From Thermotogota bacterium (GTDB lineage Bacteria; Bipolaricaulota; Bipolaricaulia; UBA7950; UBA9294), in the NCBI GenBank assembly GCA_039679545.1, contig JBDKUT010000152.1, positions 1 to 41,999 on the forward strand: 41,999 bases of DNA. The letters run 5' to 3'. The translations under genes were made by a program, and so were the position numbers. Positions 16,873 through 25,706 of the stretch are shown here, piece after piece; within the stretch, counting starts at the first letter, position 1; each line of letters opens with the position of its first letter. A model generated the notes under the pieces. It saw nothing but the letters and a program-made list of their open reading frames with translations. It searched no databases and was not told where the DNA came from.

Positions 16873-18258
16873 ATGAAGAGGGCTCTTGTGCTGGGCCTGT
16901 TCGTCGTTCTCGGAGCGGCATGCGCCGCCTCCGCGGAGTTCCAGGCGAAATGGGATACGTGGTTGAGGCTCGATCTGTCCCCGGCGCTGGCATTGGAGGA
17001 CTTCTACTCGTTCCTCGATCTGCGGTACGTCACGAGCAGCCTGACGGCCGCGGCGGCCGCCCTGGTCAGCCCGGACGGACTGGACGCGGTCTGGTTCGAA
17101 GCGTACGGGTCCGTCGGCGCGTTCAGCGCGTGGTCGCTGCTCTTCTTCGACCCGAACGAAGGGCTGGATTCGCAGTTCTCGCTCTTCCAGAACGCCGCCG
17201 AGATCTCGATCGGCGATGTCGACTTGTACGCCATCTTCGCAATGCAGGACGTCTTCGGTGGTGGGACCATCGGCTCCGGTCTCGCGTTCGGAGCGATCGG
17301 TACGGCCGGTAGTTGCCGCTTCGCCCTGGAGGTCACGTCGAACCTCGAGCCTCTGCTCTTCCCGATCCTCCGGTACGGGCTGTACGCAGGCCTGACAGAC
17401 TGGACGTACACCCTCTGCTCGAGCGATATCTGGTACCCGTACTGGATCATCGGCGGCTACGATGTCCTCGTCGATGAGGATACCTGCGAGGTCTTCGTCA
17501 GCTACGTCACCGGCATTGCGGAACTCCCGATCTGCTGCGCCGACATCTTCCTGGGTGCGACGTTTAACTGCGAGGGTCTCGGGTTCTTCTCGCTCCTGGT
17601 CGAGGATGTCGACTTCGGCATCGACTGGCTCAAGATCTACGGCTTCAGCATCACCTACTTCCTCAACTGGAAACACATCGAGCTGTGGACCGCGGTCGAG
17701 ACCGGCGAGGTCGTCTGCTTCAAGCCGTACTTCACGGTGCACTACGACCATGAGCTGGCGACGGAGTTCGGTCCCGTCACCCTGAACGCACTGACCCTGA
17801 GCTGTTGGGCGCTCGGCTGCGAGTTCTACTGGGGGCACCTGTTCGACCGCCAGATGGTTCACTACGACGGCCGGATGTACTACCCGACCTACTTCTACGG
17901 CGGACCGCACTTCGATGAGTTCGGCTTTGAGCCGATCGGAGTCGGTCTCGTCAGCCTGAACGAGCAGTTCGAGTGCGCGTGGGTCGCGTGGGACGGCGAC
18001 GACGCCTACCTTCCGAACGAGGTCATCGGCTTCCGATGCGATGAGGATAGCTGCTGCGGGGGGCTGTTCAGCATCGCCGTCAGCAGCTTTTTCTCCACGG
18101 AGTACGACGAGCCGATCACAGGCCTCTTCGGCTGGATGGGAAGCTACGTCGAGTTGGCGGCCGCCGTAGGTCCCCACATGGAGCTTGTGGGAGCGCTGAA
18201 TGTCAGCGCGCTCAACGGCGCCGACTCGATCACCATGGGCGTCGAGGTCGCCTGGTAG
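16873..18258 (+). CDS. large exported protein, putative outer-membrane beta-barrel/surface protein
   Basis: Signal peptide, alternating hydrophobic beta-strand pattern, aromatic/acidic/Cys-rich composition, C-terminal ..ITMGVEVAW (aromatic last residue, beta-signal-like). Confidence 0.7.
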   Translation: MKRALVLGLFVVLGAACAASAEFQAKWDTWLRLDLSPALALEDFYSFLDLRYVTSSLTAAAAALVSPDGLDAVWFEAYGSVGAFSAWSLLFFDPNEGLDSQFSLFQNAAEISIGDVDLYAIFAMQDVFGGGTIGSGLAFGAIGTAGSCRFALEVTSNLEPLLFPILRYGLYAGLTDWTYTLCSSDIWYPYWIIGGYDVLVDEDTCEVFVSYVTGIAELPICCADIFLGATFNCEGLGFFSLLVEDVDFGIDWLKIYGFSITYFLNWKHIELWTAVETGEVVCFKPYFTVHYDHELATEFGPVTLNALTLSCWALGCEFYWGHLFDRQMVHYDGRMYYPTYFYGGPHFDEFGFEPIGVGLVSLNEQFECAWVAWDGDDAYLPNEVIGFRCDEDSCCGGLFSIAVSSFFSTEYDEPITGLFGWMGSYVELAAAVGPHMELVGALNVSALNGADSITMGVEVAW

Positions 18259-18293
18259 AAGAAGCGACCGAGCACTCGGAGGTGGCACCTGTC

Positions 18294-18331
18294 AGACCTC
18301 GGCTCTCTCGCCGAGGTCTCCTCCTTGTTCT
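18294..18331 (+). terminator. probable intrinsic terminator
   Basis: AGACCTCGGC-N6-GCCGAGGTCT perfect stem followed by a pyrimidine-rich run. Confidence 0.55.
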
Positions 18332-18587
18332 TGACCACCCCCTCGGCGCCGACTACGGCGCGGCGCGTGTAGCGCAGGTCCAACCCAGACCGCACGGAGC
18401 CCGGCGGAGGCGTCTGCACACCGGGAGCGCCGCCAGGAGGGTCTGCCGGTGACCGCGGCCTGGGCGTCCTCGATCGATTCAACCATGTCGGCAACACCGC
18501 GGCCTAGCGAGGCAAACCCCCGGTATGCTATGCTCCCTTCCAGTGGATAGGGCTGGGTTCTGCTGGCCTGTGTAGCGAGGGGGTTCT

Positions 18588-19289
18588 ATGCTGAAGCGGC
18601 TTGGTGCAGAGTTCTTTGGAACGTTCTGGCTCGTCCTTGGTGGGTGCGGCAGTGCCGTGTTGGCGGCGGCATTCCCGGGTTTTGGGATCGGGTTTGCCGG
18701 AGTGGCCCTCGCATTTGGACTCACGGTGCTCACGATGGCCTACGCGGTCGGCCACATCTCGGGCTGTCACCTCAATCCGGCGGTCTCCGTCGGCCTGTGG
18801 ATCGGTGGCCGATTCCCGGCAAGGGATTTGGTGCCCTACATCATCGCGCAAGTCGCCGGCGGGCTCGCCGGCGCGGCCATTCTCTATGTGATCGCGACCG
18901 GCGTGCCCGGGTTCGGTGTCTCCTCGGGGTTCGCAACGAACGGCTTCGGCGACCACTCGCCCGGTGGCTACTCGATGGCGGCGGCGCTCGTCTGCGAGAT
19001 CGTCATGACGGCGATGTTCCTCCTCGTCATCCTCGGAGCGACGGACAAGCGCGCCCCCAAAGGGTTCGCGCCGATCGCCATCGGACTCGCGCTCACGCTG
19101 ATTCACCTGATCTCGATCCCGGTCACGAACACGTCGGTCAACCCGGCGCGCAGCACCGGCGTCGCGATCATCCAGGGTGGATGGGCCATCGAGCAGCTGT
19201 GGCTCTTCTGGGTTGCCCCGATCGTCGGCGCGATCGTCGGAGGCGTGATCTATCGGCTCATCGGCGCGCCGAAGTCTGAAGCGGTCTAG
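18588..19289 (+). CDS. aqpZ: aquaporin Z
   Basis: [44 protein letters not shown] and QLWLFWVAP motifs. Confidence 0.97.
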   Translation: MLKRLGAEFFGTFWLVLGGCGSAVLAAAFPGFGIGFAGVALAFGLTVLTMAYAVGHISGCHLNPAVSVGLWIGGRFPARDLVPYIIAQVAGGLAGAAILYVIATGVPGFGVSSGFATNGFGDHSPGGYSMAAALVCEIVMTAMFLLVILGATDKRAPKGFAPIAIGLALTLIHLISIPVTNTSVNPARSTGVAIIQGGWAIEQLWLFWVAPIVGAIVGGVIYRLIGAPKSEAV

Positions 19290-19316
19290 CCGGGCGGTCT
19301 ACATGGAAACAGAGGT

Positions 19317-19357
19317 GGCCGGGGACGCGTCTGCGCATCCCCGGCTTGTTGCTTTTC
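19317..19357 (+). terminator. intrinsic terminator after aqpZ
   Basis: GGCCGGGGA...TCCCCGGCT stem followed by TGTTGCTTTT. Confidence 0.7.
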
Positions 19358-19607
19358 GGTTCCTGCATTTTGGGGCTCGGCCGTCCGGCTCTTGAGGGAG
19401 GACACACCTCGCGGGTAGCCTCCCCGCCCAGAAGCAACCCCGGTTCTACGCGATCCGTCGAGCAGCCGCCCTCGACCGAGGCGATCCGGGAACCTGCCTG
19501 AGCCAGCCTAGGCCAGTCTGAAGCCGTGTCTCCCCTTCCGAACCAAACCTCGCGCTCCCCTCTGCGGTATCATCCCTTCCTTCCCGGTGACGGAGGGAGG
19601 GTGGATC

Positions 19608-20039
19608 ATGCAGATCGATGACATCAAGAGGTTCCTCGCGGGAATCCCCGCGACGCTGAGCGAGAAGCGGGGCGTCTACTCGGTGGAGTTCACGGTCGCC
19701 GAGCGGAAGGCGTTTCTCTCGAAGAAGAAGCTCACCTACAGCGCGAGGTTCCGGATCGACGAGGACAAGAAGGAGCTTCGCTTCACAGAGATGCTCAGGG
19801 AGTCAGGCTCCGGCGCCTATTCGGGCGGTGACGACCTCAGTCCAGGACTCGGATTCAAGAAGGAGACCTACAAGACCGGCGCAGGGCAGCGGGAAGGGAC
19901 GATCGAAGAGCAGTCCAAGCTGTTCGGGGCGCAGTACAGCTACGCGTTCGACGTCTCGAAGGTGAGAACCTTCATAGAGAATGAGACGACGAAGGCCGGA
20001 TACGCGTTCAAGTACCAGGTAACCTCTCTCGGCCTCTAG
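19608..20039 (+). CDS. hypothetical protein
   Basis: GGAGG RBS, host-like codon usage, globular Lys-rich sequence (ERKAFLSKKKLTY...FTEMLRESG...REGTIEEQS); no function recognised. Confidence 0.75.
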   Translation: MQIDDIKRFLAGIPATLSEKRGVYSVEFTVAERKAFLSKKKLTYSARFRIDEDKKELRFTEMLRESGSGAYSGGDDLSPGLGFKKETYKTGAGQREGTIEEQSKLFGAQYSYAFDVSKVRTFIENETTKAGYAFKYQVTSLGL

Positions 20040-20285
20040 GCCAAGGGTTCGTTGCCCGCACTCGGGCGCCGGTCTTTGCGTTCACGCGTCCCAACGAGCG
20101 CTGACTCAGGAGAAGATGAGCCCTCCTCGGTACAGGCGAACGCACGCTCGTCTAGAATGCCAACGGCAAACACGATAGACTCGGCCGACTGCGCCCCGCC
20201 CAATCCTGAGCTTCCGGCGAGCGCGCAGTTCCCGCAGTGCAAGCCGCCACGGGCGTCGGCGGTAGGTTGCATCTATTGGAGGGGT

Positions 20286-21434
20286 ATGTCGGTCCGTCAT
20301 TCCGGGAGTCTCTGGGGCTTCAGCACTAGACAACGGGTCGGAGCAGGAGGCGGCGGTTTTCCATGTGGGGGGGGATGTCCTCGCCGCCCGCGGCGGCGCT
20401 TTACGTTGCTTCTGGCAGGATTGCCCACCCTGGTCGTGTGCCTTGCCGCGTACGGGCCTGTGGTCCCAGCCTGGGACGAACTCGAGGTGGTGTCGCCCGA
20501 GGAGGTCGGCTGGTCGTTCGAGAGGCTTCAGGCCTTCGACGAGGCGGCCGCAAAACTCGGATACACCGCAGTCATGCTTGCCTACGACGGGAAGGTCTTC
20601 CACGAGTGGGGCAACTCGACGTACAACTACCGCTGCCACTCGATCCGCAAGCCTTTTCTTGGCGCCCTCTACGGCATCCACGTGGCTCGAGGAGAGATCG
20701 ACCTCGACGCGACGTTGAAAACCCTCGGGATCGACGACATCCCGCCACGCCTGACGGCCGAGGAGAAGACCGCGACGATCCGGCAGCTCCTCCAGTCTCG
20801 CTCGGGAATCTACCACGAGGCCGCCGCCGAGACGGAAGGGATGAGCGCAGCACGTCCCGCCCGCGGAAGCCATGCACCCGGCACGTTTTTCTACTACAAC
20901 AACTGGGACTTCAACGCTCTCGGCACGATCTTCAACCACCTGACCGGACTCGGCGTCTTCGAGGCGTTCGAGAAGGAGATCGCCATCCCCCTCGGCATGC
21001 AGGACTTCGCTCCCGCCAACTGCGAATACCAACTCGAGGCCGAGAAGTCGATGCACCCTGCGTACTCCTTCCGGATGAGCGCGCGAGACATGCTTCGCTT
21101 CGGGATCCTCTTCCAGCAGGGAGGAACGTGGCGCGGCCAGCAGATCATTCCCAAGGACTGGATCGAGGAAAGCACTCAGACGTACTCCATCGAGGACGCC
21201 GCGAGCGGGGTCGGCTACGGCTACTTGTGGAAGACGATCCCCGCCGGCTCTCCCGCCGCCCAGGCGCTCGGCGCGAGCGCCTACCTCCACACGGGGCTTG
21301 GCGTCCATTCGCTCGTTATCGTGCCGGAGTTGAAGCTTGTCGTTGTCATGCGCTTCGACACCGACGGCGCGTGGGAGGACCCGGGCGCGGAGGGCGACGC
21401 GCTGCCCTTCCTGCTCATGAGCGCCCGCCTCTAG
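20286..21434 (+). CDS. beta-lactamase-family serine hydrolase (exported); start ambiguous
   Basis: HSIRK (SxxK), LLQSRSG, YYNNWDFN, MSARDMLRFG, HTG motifs. In-frame ATG at 20286, or ATG 20363 if the G8 run at 20367-20374 were G7. Confidence 0.85.
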   Translation: MSVRHSGSLWGFSTRQRVGAGGGGFPCGGGCPRRPRRRFTLLLAGLPTLVVCLAAYGPVVPAWDELEVVSPEEVGWSFERLQAFDEAAAKLGYTAVMLAYDGKVFHEWGNSTYNYRCHSIRKPFLGALYGIHVARGEIDLDATLKTLGIDDIPPRLTAEEKTATIRQLLQSRSGIYHEAAAETEGMSAARPARGSHAPGTFFYYNNWDFNALGTIFNHLTGLGVFEAFEKEIAIPLGMQDFAPANCEYQLEAEKSMHPAYSFRMSARDMLRFGILFQQGGTWRGQQIIPKDWIEESTQTYSIEDAASGVGYGYLWKTIPAGSPAAQALGASAYLHTGLGVHSLVIVPELKLVVVMRFDTDGAWEDPGAEGDALPFLLMSARL

Positions 21435-21577
21435 GGCCGGCGCGCGACCCTTCCGAGCCCGGTCCAAACTTGAGATCTCGCCCATGGGCTGGGGGGAGGG
21501 CGTCGCTCCCGGGATCGACGAGGTCCTCAAACAAATGACCGGTCAAGCGACTGTTACGGCAGAAGGAGGCAGCCAAG

Positions 21578-22729
21578 ATGTGGAACGGCCGAGAGAACGA
21601 GCGCACCCGCTCATCCCATTCCGCGCTCCCAGGAATCGCCGCTGGTTGCGGCATCGTACTCGCCCTACTCGCAACGGTTTGGACGGTGCCTGTGGCGTCA
21701 CCGGTCTCGTCGAGCGTTCTCCGCGACCTGGGAAGCTACCTCGACGCGCTCGCGGCGGACGACCAGTTCTCGGGCGCGGTCCTCGTTGCACACGAAGGGA
21801 AGGCTGTGTTCGAGAAGGCCTACGGTCTGGCCGACCGGGCGAGTGGTGCGGCAAACACACTGGACACACGGTTCGAGATCGCGTCGATGGGCAAGATGTT
21901 CACCGGGGTAGCGATTCTCCAACTCGTCGAGCAAGGGACGCTCCGCCTGAATGCCCGATTGAGTGAGGTCCTTCCCGACTATCCGAACCAAGAGGTCGCC
22001 CGCCGCGTCACGATTCACCAGTTGCTCACCCACACCGCGGGCGTCGCCGACTGGATGGCGTGTCCGGACTACATGGACCTGCGGATGGCCCTTCGCAGCG
22101 TCGCCGATTACGTGCCTCTCTTCATCAATCAGCCGCTCGAGTTCACGCCGGGCAGCCAGTACAGCTACAGCAACTCCGGCTACATCCTCCTCGGGCTCGT
22201 GATCGAGAAGATCTGTGGCTGCGACTACTACGACTACGTGGGTGAGCACATTTTCGAACCATCCGGCATGAGAAACACAGGCTCGTTCACGCTCGACGCC
22301 CTTCCGCCGAACACGGCCCTGGGCTACACGACACTGAACGAAAACCTGGAGAGAACGACCGATTGGCGGGACAATACCTTTGTGCTGCCGGAGCGCGGAG
22401 CTTCGGACGGAGGTGGGTACTCCACCGTTCACGACCTTCTCGCGTTCAGCCAGGCCCTTCTTGCGAATCGCCTCCTGAGCCCAACCAACACGAAGCTCCT
22501 GTTGAAAGGGAAGGTTCAGACCGAGGATGAGACACGCTGGTACGCGTACGGTTTCCAAGACAAGACCCTGAACGGCCAGCGCGTCGTCGGTCACGGCGGC
22601 AGTTTCCCGGGCGTCAACAGCTTCCTCGACATGTACGTCGACACAGGGTACGTGGTCATCGTTCTGACCAACCGCGACAGCGGCGTCGTTGTCGTGCGCG
22701 ACTTCTTGGCTTCCCACCCGCTCTACTAG
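21578..22729 (+). CDS. beta-lactamase-family serine hydrolase (exported)
   Basis: AAGGAGG RBS; signal segment; IASMGK, LLTHTAG, YSYSNSGY and GHGG motifs. Confidence 0.92.
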   Translation: MWNGRENERTRSSHSALPGIAAGCGIVLALLATVWTVPVASPVSSSVLRDLGSYLDALAADDQFSGAVLVAHEGKAVFEKAYGLADRASGAANTLDTRFEIASMGKMFTGVAILQLVEQGTLRLNARLSEVLPDYPNQEVARRVTIHQLLTHTAGVADWMACPDYMDLRMALRSVADYVPLFINQPLEFTPGSQYSYSNSGYILLGLVIEKICGCDYYDYVGEHIFEPSGMRNTGSFTLDALPPNTALGYTTLNENLERTTDWRDNTFVLPERGASDGGGYSTVHDLLAFSQALLANRLLSPTNTKLLLKGKVQTEDETRWYAYGFQDKTLNGQRVVGHGGSFPGVNSFLDMYVDTGYVVIVLTNRDSGVVVVRDFLASHPLY

Positions 22730-22896
22730 GACAAGCCGGTGCGCATCACGCCTGTCGCCGAGCCCGTGCCGCCGACTCCAACGCATCGTGCGGAAGGTCC
22801 GGGCGAGAACGTCGAGAGCGGTCGCAGCTGAAGCCGGAAGTAGAGCTCGCTGAACCAACATGACTCACCAAGCGACGTACGAGCCAGGAGGCGTGG

Positions 22897-23541
22897 ATGA
22901 ACGATCTTGCTTGGAGACTCATGGCACTCGGAGCGAGATTCAGCCGGAGGGTGCACTGCGTCGCCCCGCAGACCGTGCGCGTCGAGGACGCGTTCCGCAA
23001 TGGAGATCTGATTCTCGATCTCGGCGGCGGGGGCGAAGGCGTGATCGGACGGCTGCGCGGGCATCAAGTCGTGGCCGTCGACATCCGGAAGGATGAGCTC
23101 GACGAAACCCCAGCCGGACCGATCAAGGTAGTCGGCGACGCGCGCAATCTGCCGTTTCCGGATGAGTCGTTCGAGGCGGCCACCGCATTCTTCTTCCTCA
23201 TGTACGTCGCGGCCGCCGATCGATCGGCCGTGCTCACGGAGACTCACCGCATCCTCGCGCCCGGCGGGACACTTCATATCTGGGACGTCGAGATTCCGGA
23301 GCCCGGGGCACACTCGCCCAAGACGTTCGTCGTCCCTGTGCGTGTCAGTCTCCCGAGCCAGACACTCCGAACGGGATACGGCGTCTCCTGGAGAGGTCAT
23401 GAGATGTCGGCCGAGGGCATCGCCAGGATCGCTACCACCGTTGGCTTCACCGTGTCTTCCCGAACTCGCAGAGGTCGAACCTTCCGCCTCGCGCTGGCAC
23501 GGCCTGAGACCGGCTCTCCCACGATCCCGCCCCCGGGGTGA
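22897..23541 (+). CDS. class I SAM-dependent methyltransferase
   Basis: ILDLGGGGEG, VVAVD, GDARNLPFPDESF, RILAPGG motifs; AGGAGG RBS. Confidence 0.88.
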   Translation: MNDLAWRLMALGARFSRRVHCVAPQTVRVEDAFRNGDLILDLGGGGEGVIGRLRGHQVVAVDIRKDELDETPAGPIKVVGDARNLPFPDESFEAATAFFFLMYVAAADRSAVLTETHRILAPGGTLHIWDVEIPEPGAHSPKTFVVPVRVSLPSQTLRTGYGVSWRGHEMSAEGIARIATTVGFTVSSRTRRGRTFRLALARPETGSPTIPPPG

Positions 23542-24017
23542 TGACGCCACTTGTCCGGCCCTCTTCCGGGACGAGAGCCGCCGGCCCTTCGCCCTGAGCT
23601 CGGGCTCCTCTTCGCCGTATCTCGCAGAGGTACAACCAAGCGGCGTCGCCCGCCCAGATGAACTGATGCCACGTTCCGGTGATTGGGTGTCTCCGCGTTG
23701 TTGGCCCCCTCTCGGCTTGATTGGGTTGACAGGTGTAGCTATCCTGTCTGCTCTGAGGATGTATGCCCTTACCAGTTCTCGTCCTTGTTGGGCTTGTCGC
23801 TCATGCCATGTGCTCCCCTCCTAGCCGGCGTCCTCATGGCCCTTCCCCGGCCGTTGAGATGCGCCGACTGACCGCCGGGACGCAGCGCGTGACGGCGCAA
23901 CCCTGCGCAAGGAGGTGGTCGCCCGGGTTCAGGAGACGGCCGTCGCTGTTCTAGTCCGGCCATGCCGGTCCTGTGTCTGATCCCGATCCGGAAGGCGATC
24001 GGGCAAAGGAGGTGCAC

Positions 24018-24950
24018 GTGATTGTCACGCTTGACGTCTTCTCCGGGAGGCCCAACCCGCAGTGGCGGCTCTCCGAGGAAGAAACCGCGAGCCTTTTGCA
24101 CCGCATATCGGAGCGCTTCATCGCGCCCGAGGACGCCGCTGAAGGCGTGCTAGGCTACCGCGGCCTCATTGTCTCGGCGACGCGGGATGACCAACTACCC
24201 GAGGGAACTCCATCCTCTTTCCGTGTAGGGGGTCTGCTCCGCGCGGACCACAGAGCCCCGAAGGGAGCCGGCCGGCCGCTCACGGCAGACGAAACGGACG
24301 ACGCCGTTCGCTGGCTTCTCTCCACGGGCAGGAACGCGGTCGACCCCTCGCTCTTGGCGTACGTGGAAGACGTCGTGCAGTTGAGGAAGCAGGGGAAGGC
24401 GCCGGAGGAACCTCCGGGAAGCGAGGAAGTCAGGGAATTGGAGCCTGAGGAGGATGCCGACCGCGGGTTCCCACTACCTCCGTTCCCCGGCCCCTTCCCT
24501 CCCGTGTGCATCAAGATCAACCCTCCGTACAACCCGGCGTTCTGGAATGCCCCGAACGTGCGTCCGTACAACAACTGCTACAACTACGCCACAAACTACC
24601 GCAGCGACACCTTCGCCCAGCCCGGAAGGATCTCCGGCCACCTATACACCGCAATCGACTGCAGCCATGTGTCTGCGGCAGCCAAGTGGGACGGTCTGCG
24701 GAGCAACTGCGTCGCACGGAATGCGTATGTCGCCCTGGCTATCTGGCCGCCTGGGTGTGACTACCATTGGTATCGCCAGGACGCGTCTGGGTCCTGGAGC
24801 CACAAGCCCGGCGGCACGGCCGTGCAGAACAAGGACCAGAGCGGAAACCCGATCGACGGTACACAACGCACCCCACAGAACTGCAACCGAGGTCCGTACA
24901 CGGTGTTCTGCGGCTACCTCTGGGTTCCAGCCGGGACGCGAGTACGATAG
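24018..24950 (+). CDS. two-domain protein: SGRPNP N-domain plus a putative papain-like Cys/His catalytic domain
   Basis: AGGAGG RBS then GTG. N-domain LDVFSGRPNPQW...LGYRGLIV, acidic/Pro linker, C-domain NNCYNYA..AQPG..DYHWYRQD..G.WSHKPG. Confidence 0.75.
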   Translation: MIVTLDVFSGRPNPQWRLSEEETASLLHRISERFIAPEDAAEGVLGYRGLIVSATRDDQLPEGTPSSFRVGGLLRADHRAPKGAGRPLTADETDDAVRWLLSTGRNAVDPSLLAYVEDVVQLRKQGKAPEEPPGSEEVRELEPEEDADRGFPLPPFPGPFPPVCIKINPPYNPAFWNAPNVRPYNNCYNYATNYRSDTFAQPGRISGHLYTAIDCSHVSAAAKWDGLRSNCVARNAYVALAIWPPGCDYHWYRQDASGSWSHKPGGTAVQNKDQSGNPIDGTQRTPQNCNRGPYTVFCGYLWVPAGTRVR

Positions 24951-25003
24951 GAGCGAGCGAGGGCGGCTGGAGCGCTCGCCGGGCGAATGATGTGGGACCG
25001 ACC

Positions 25004-25348
25004 ATGATCGCGGAACTCGACGTGTACAGCGGCAGGCCGAATCCAAGGTGGTTGCTCACCGAGGACGAGTGTCGCGAGCTTGCGCTTCTTCTCCGCGATC
25101 TCCCTCCGGCCGAGGAGCGCCGCGCAGGAGTCGGGCTCGGCTACCGCGGCATCATTCTGGCCAACCCGCAGAAGGAGTGGGGACTTCCTCCGCACTTGCG
25201 TGTCTACGCGGGCGTCGTCTCCGCGGAGGCTGACGGCGCCCAGTTTCTTTCCGATGTTCGCGGTTGCGAACAGCGACTCCTGACGATGGCGGCCGCGCGC
25301 GGGTACGGTCCGCTTGTCGCAGCTATCGTGCAACAGAGAGAGGCTTGA
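25004..25348 (+). CDS. stand-alone SGRPNP-domain protein (paralog of the N-domain of the upstream gene)
   Basis: MIAELDVYSGRPNPRWLLTEDE...GLGYRGIIL...GLPPHLRVYAG aligns by eye to the upstream N-domain. C-terminal part of ORF 24767..25348. Confidence 0.75.
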   Translation: MIAELDVYSGRPNPRWLLTEDECRELALLLRDLPPAEERRAGVGLGYRGIILANPQKEWGLPPHLRVYAGVVSAEADGAQFLSDVRGCEQRLLTMAAARGYGPLVAAIVQQREA

Positions 25349-25706
25349 CCCGGGCGGGGCCGGAGACTCCGCGAGTCCCCGGCCCCCCGTGGCCGCGACT
25401 GCTGCTCGCTGTGGGCGCCCGGCGGCCTATGTCGCCCCCCGCAGTCCGAGGCGACGGCCGAACGAGGAAGACGACCGACCGCCGCCCTGTGCGGGTCGAT
25501 CGGTCGCCAGCTCGGCTTGCTGGAGCCGCGCGTGGCGAGGTTTGAGGAGCAGCTCGCCGGCAACCTGTTCTACGACGGTCGTCACGCGGCTCGCCCTGTT
25601 CGTGGCGACGACTCAGGGCAGATTCTTCGCACGGTCGGCGGTGCTTACTGGCCGAGCCACGCCCGATCGGCCGATGATGTCCGCGAGGGCGGCCACGGCC
25701 TGCGGA

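Noticed and set aside
16555..18288. Long antisense ORFs (577 aa here; also 20106..21530, 21698..22861, 33843..35102, 38482..39648)
   Set aside because: They are shadows of real genes on the opposite strand, expected at high GC, and carry no recognisable motifs.
19290..20285. tRNA or attachment site, or relic ORFs, in the intergenic gaps around the 19608 gene
   Set aside because: No cloverleaf, T-loop consensus or direct repeat was found, and the short ORFs lack motifs.
9927..22729. Calling the SxxK and MBL proteins true antibiotic-resistance beta-lactamases
   Set aside because: The motifs support only superfamily membership; most such proteins are esterases, peptidases or other hydrolases.
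25349..25706. ORF 25517..25801 or a relic after the SGRPNP gene
   Set aside because: No RBS or recognisable motif in any frame, and it overlaps the C45 gene end.
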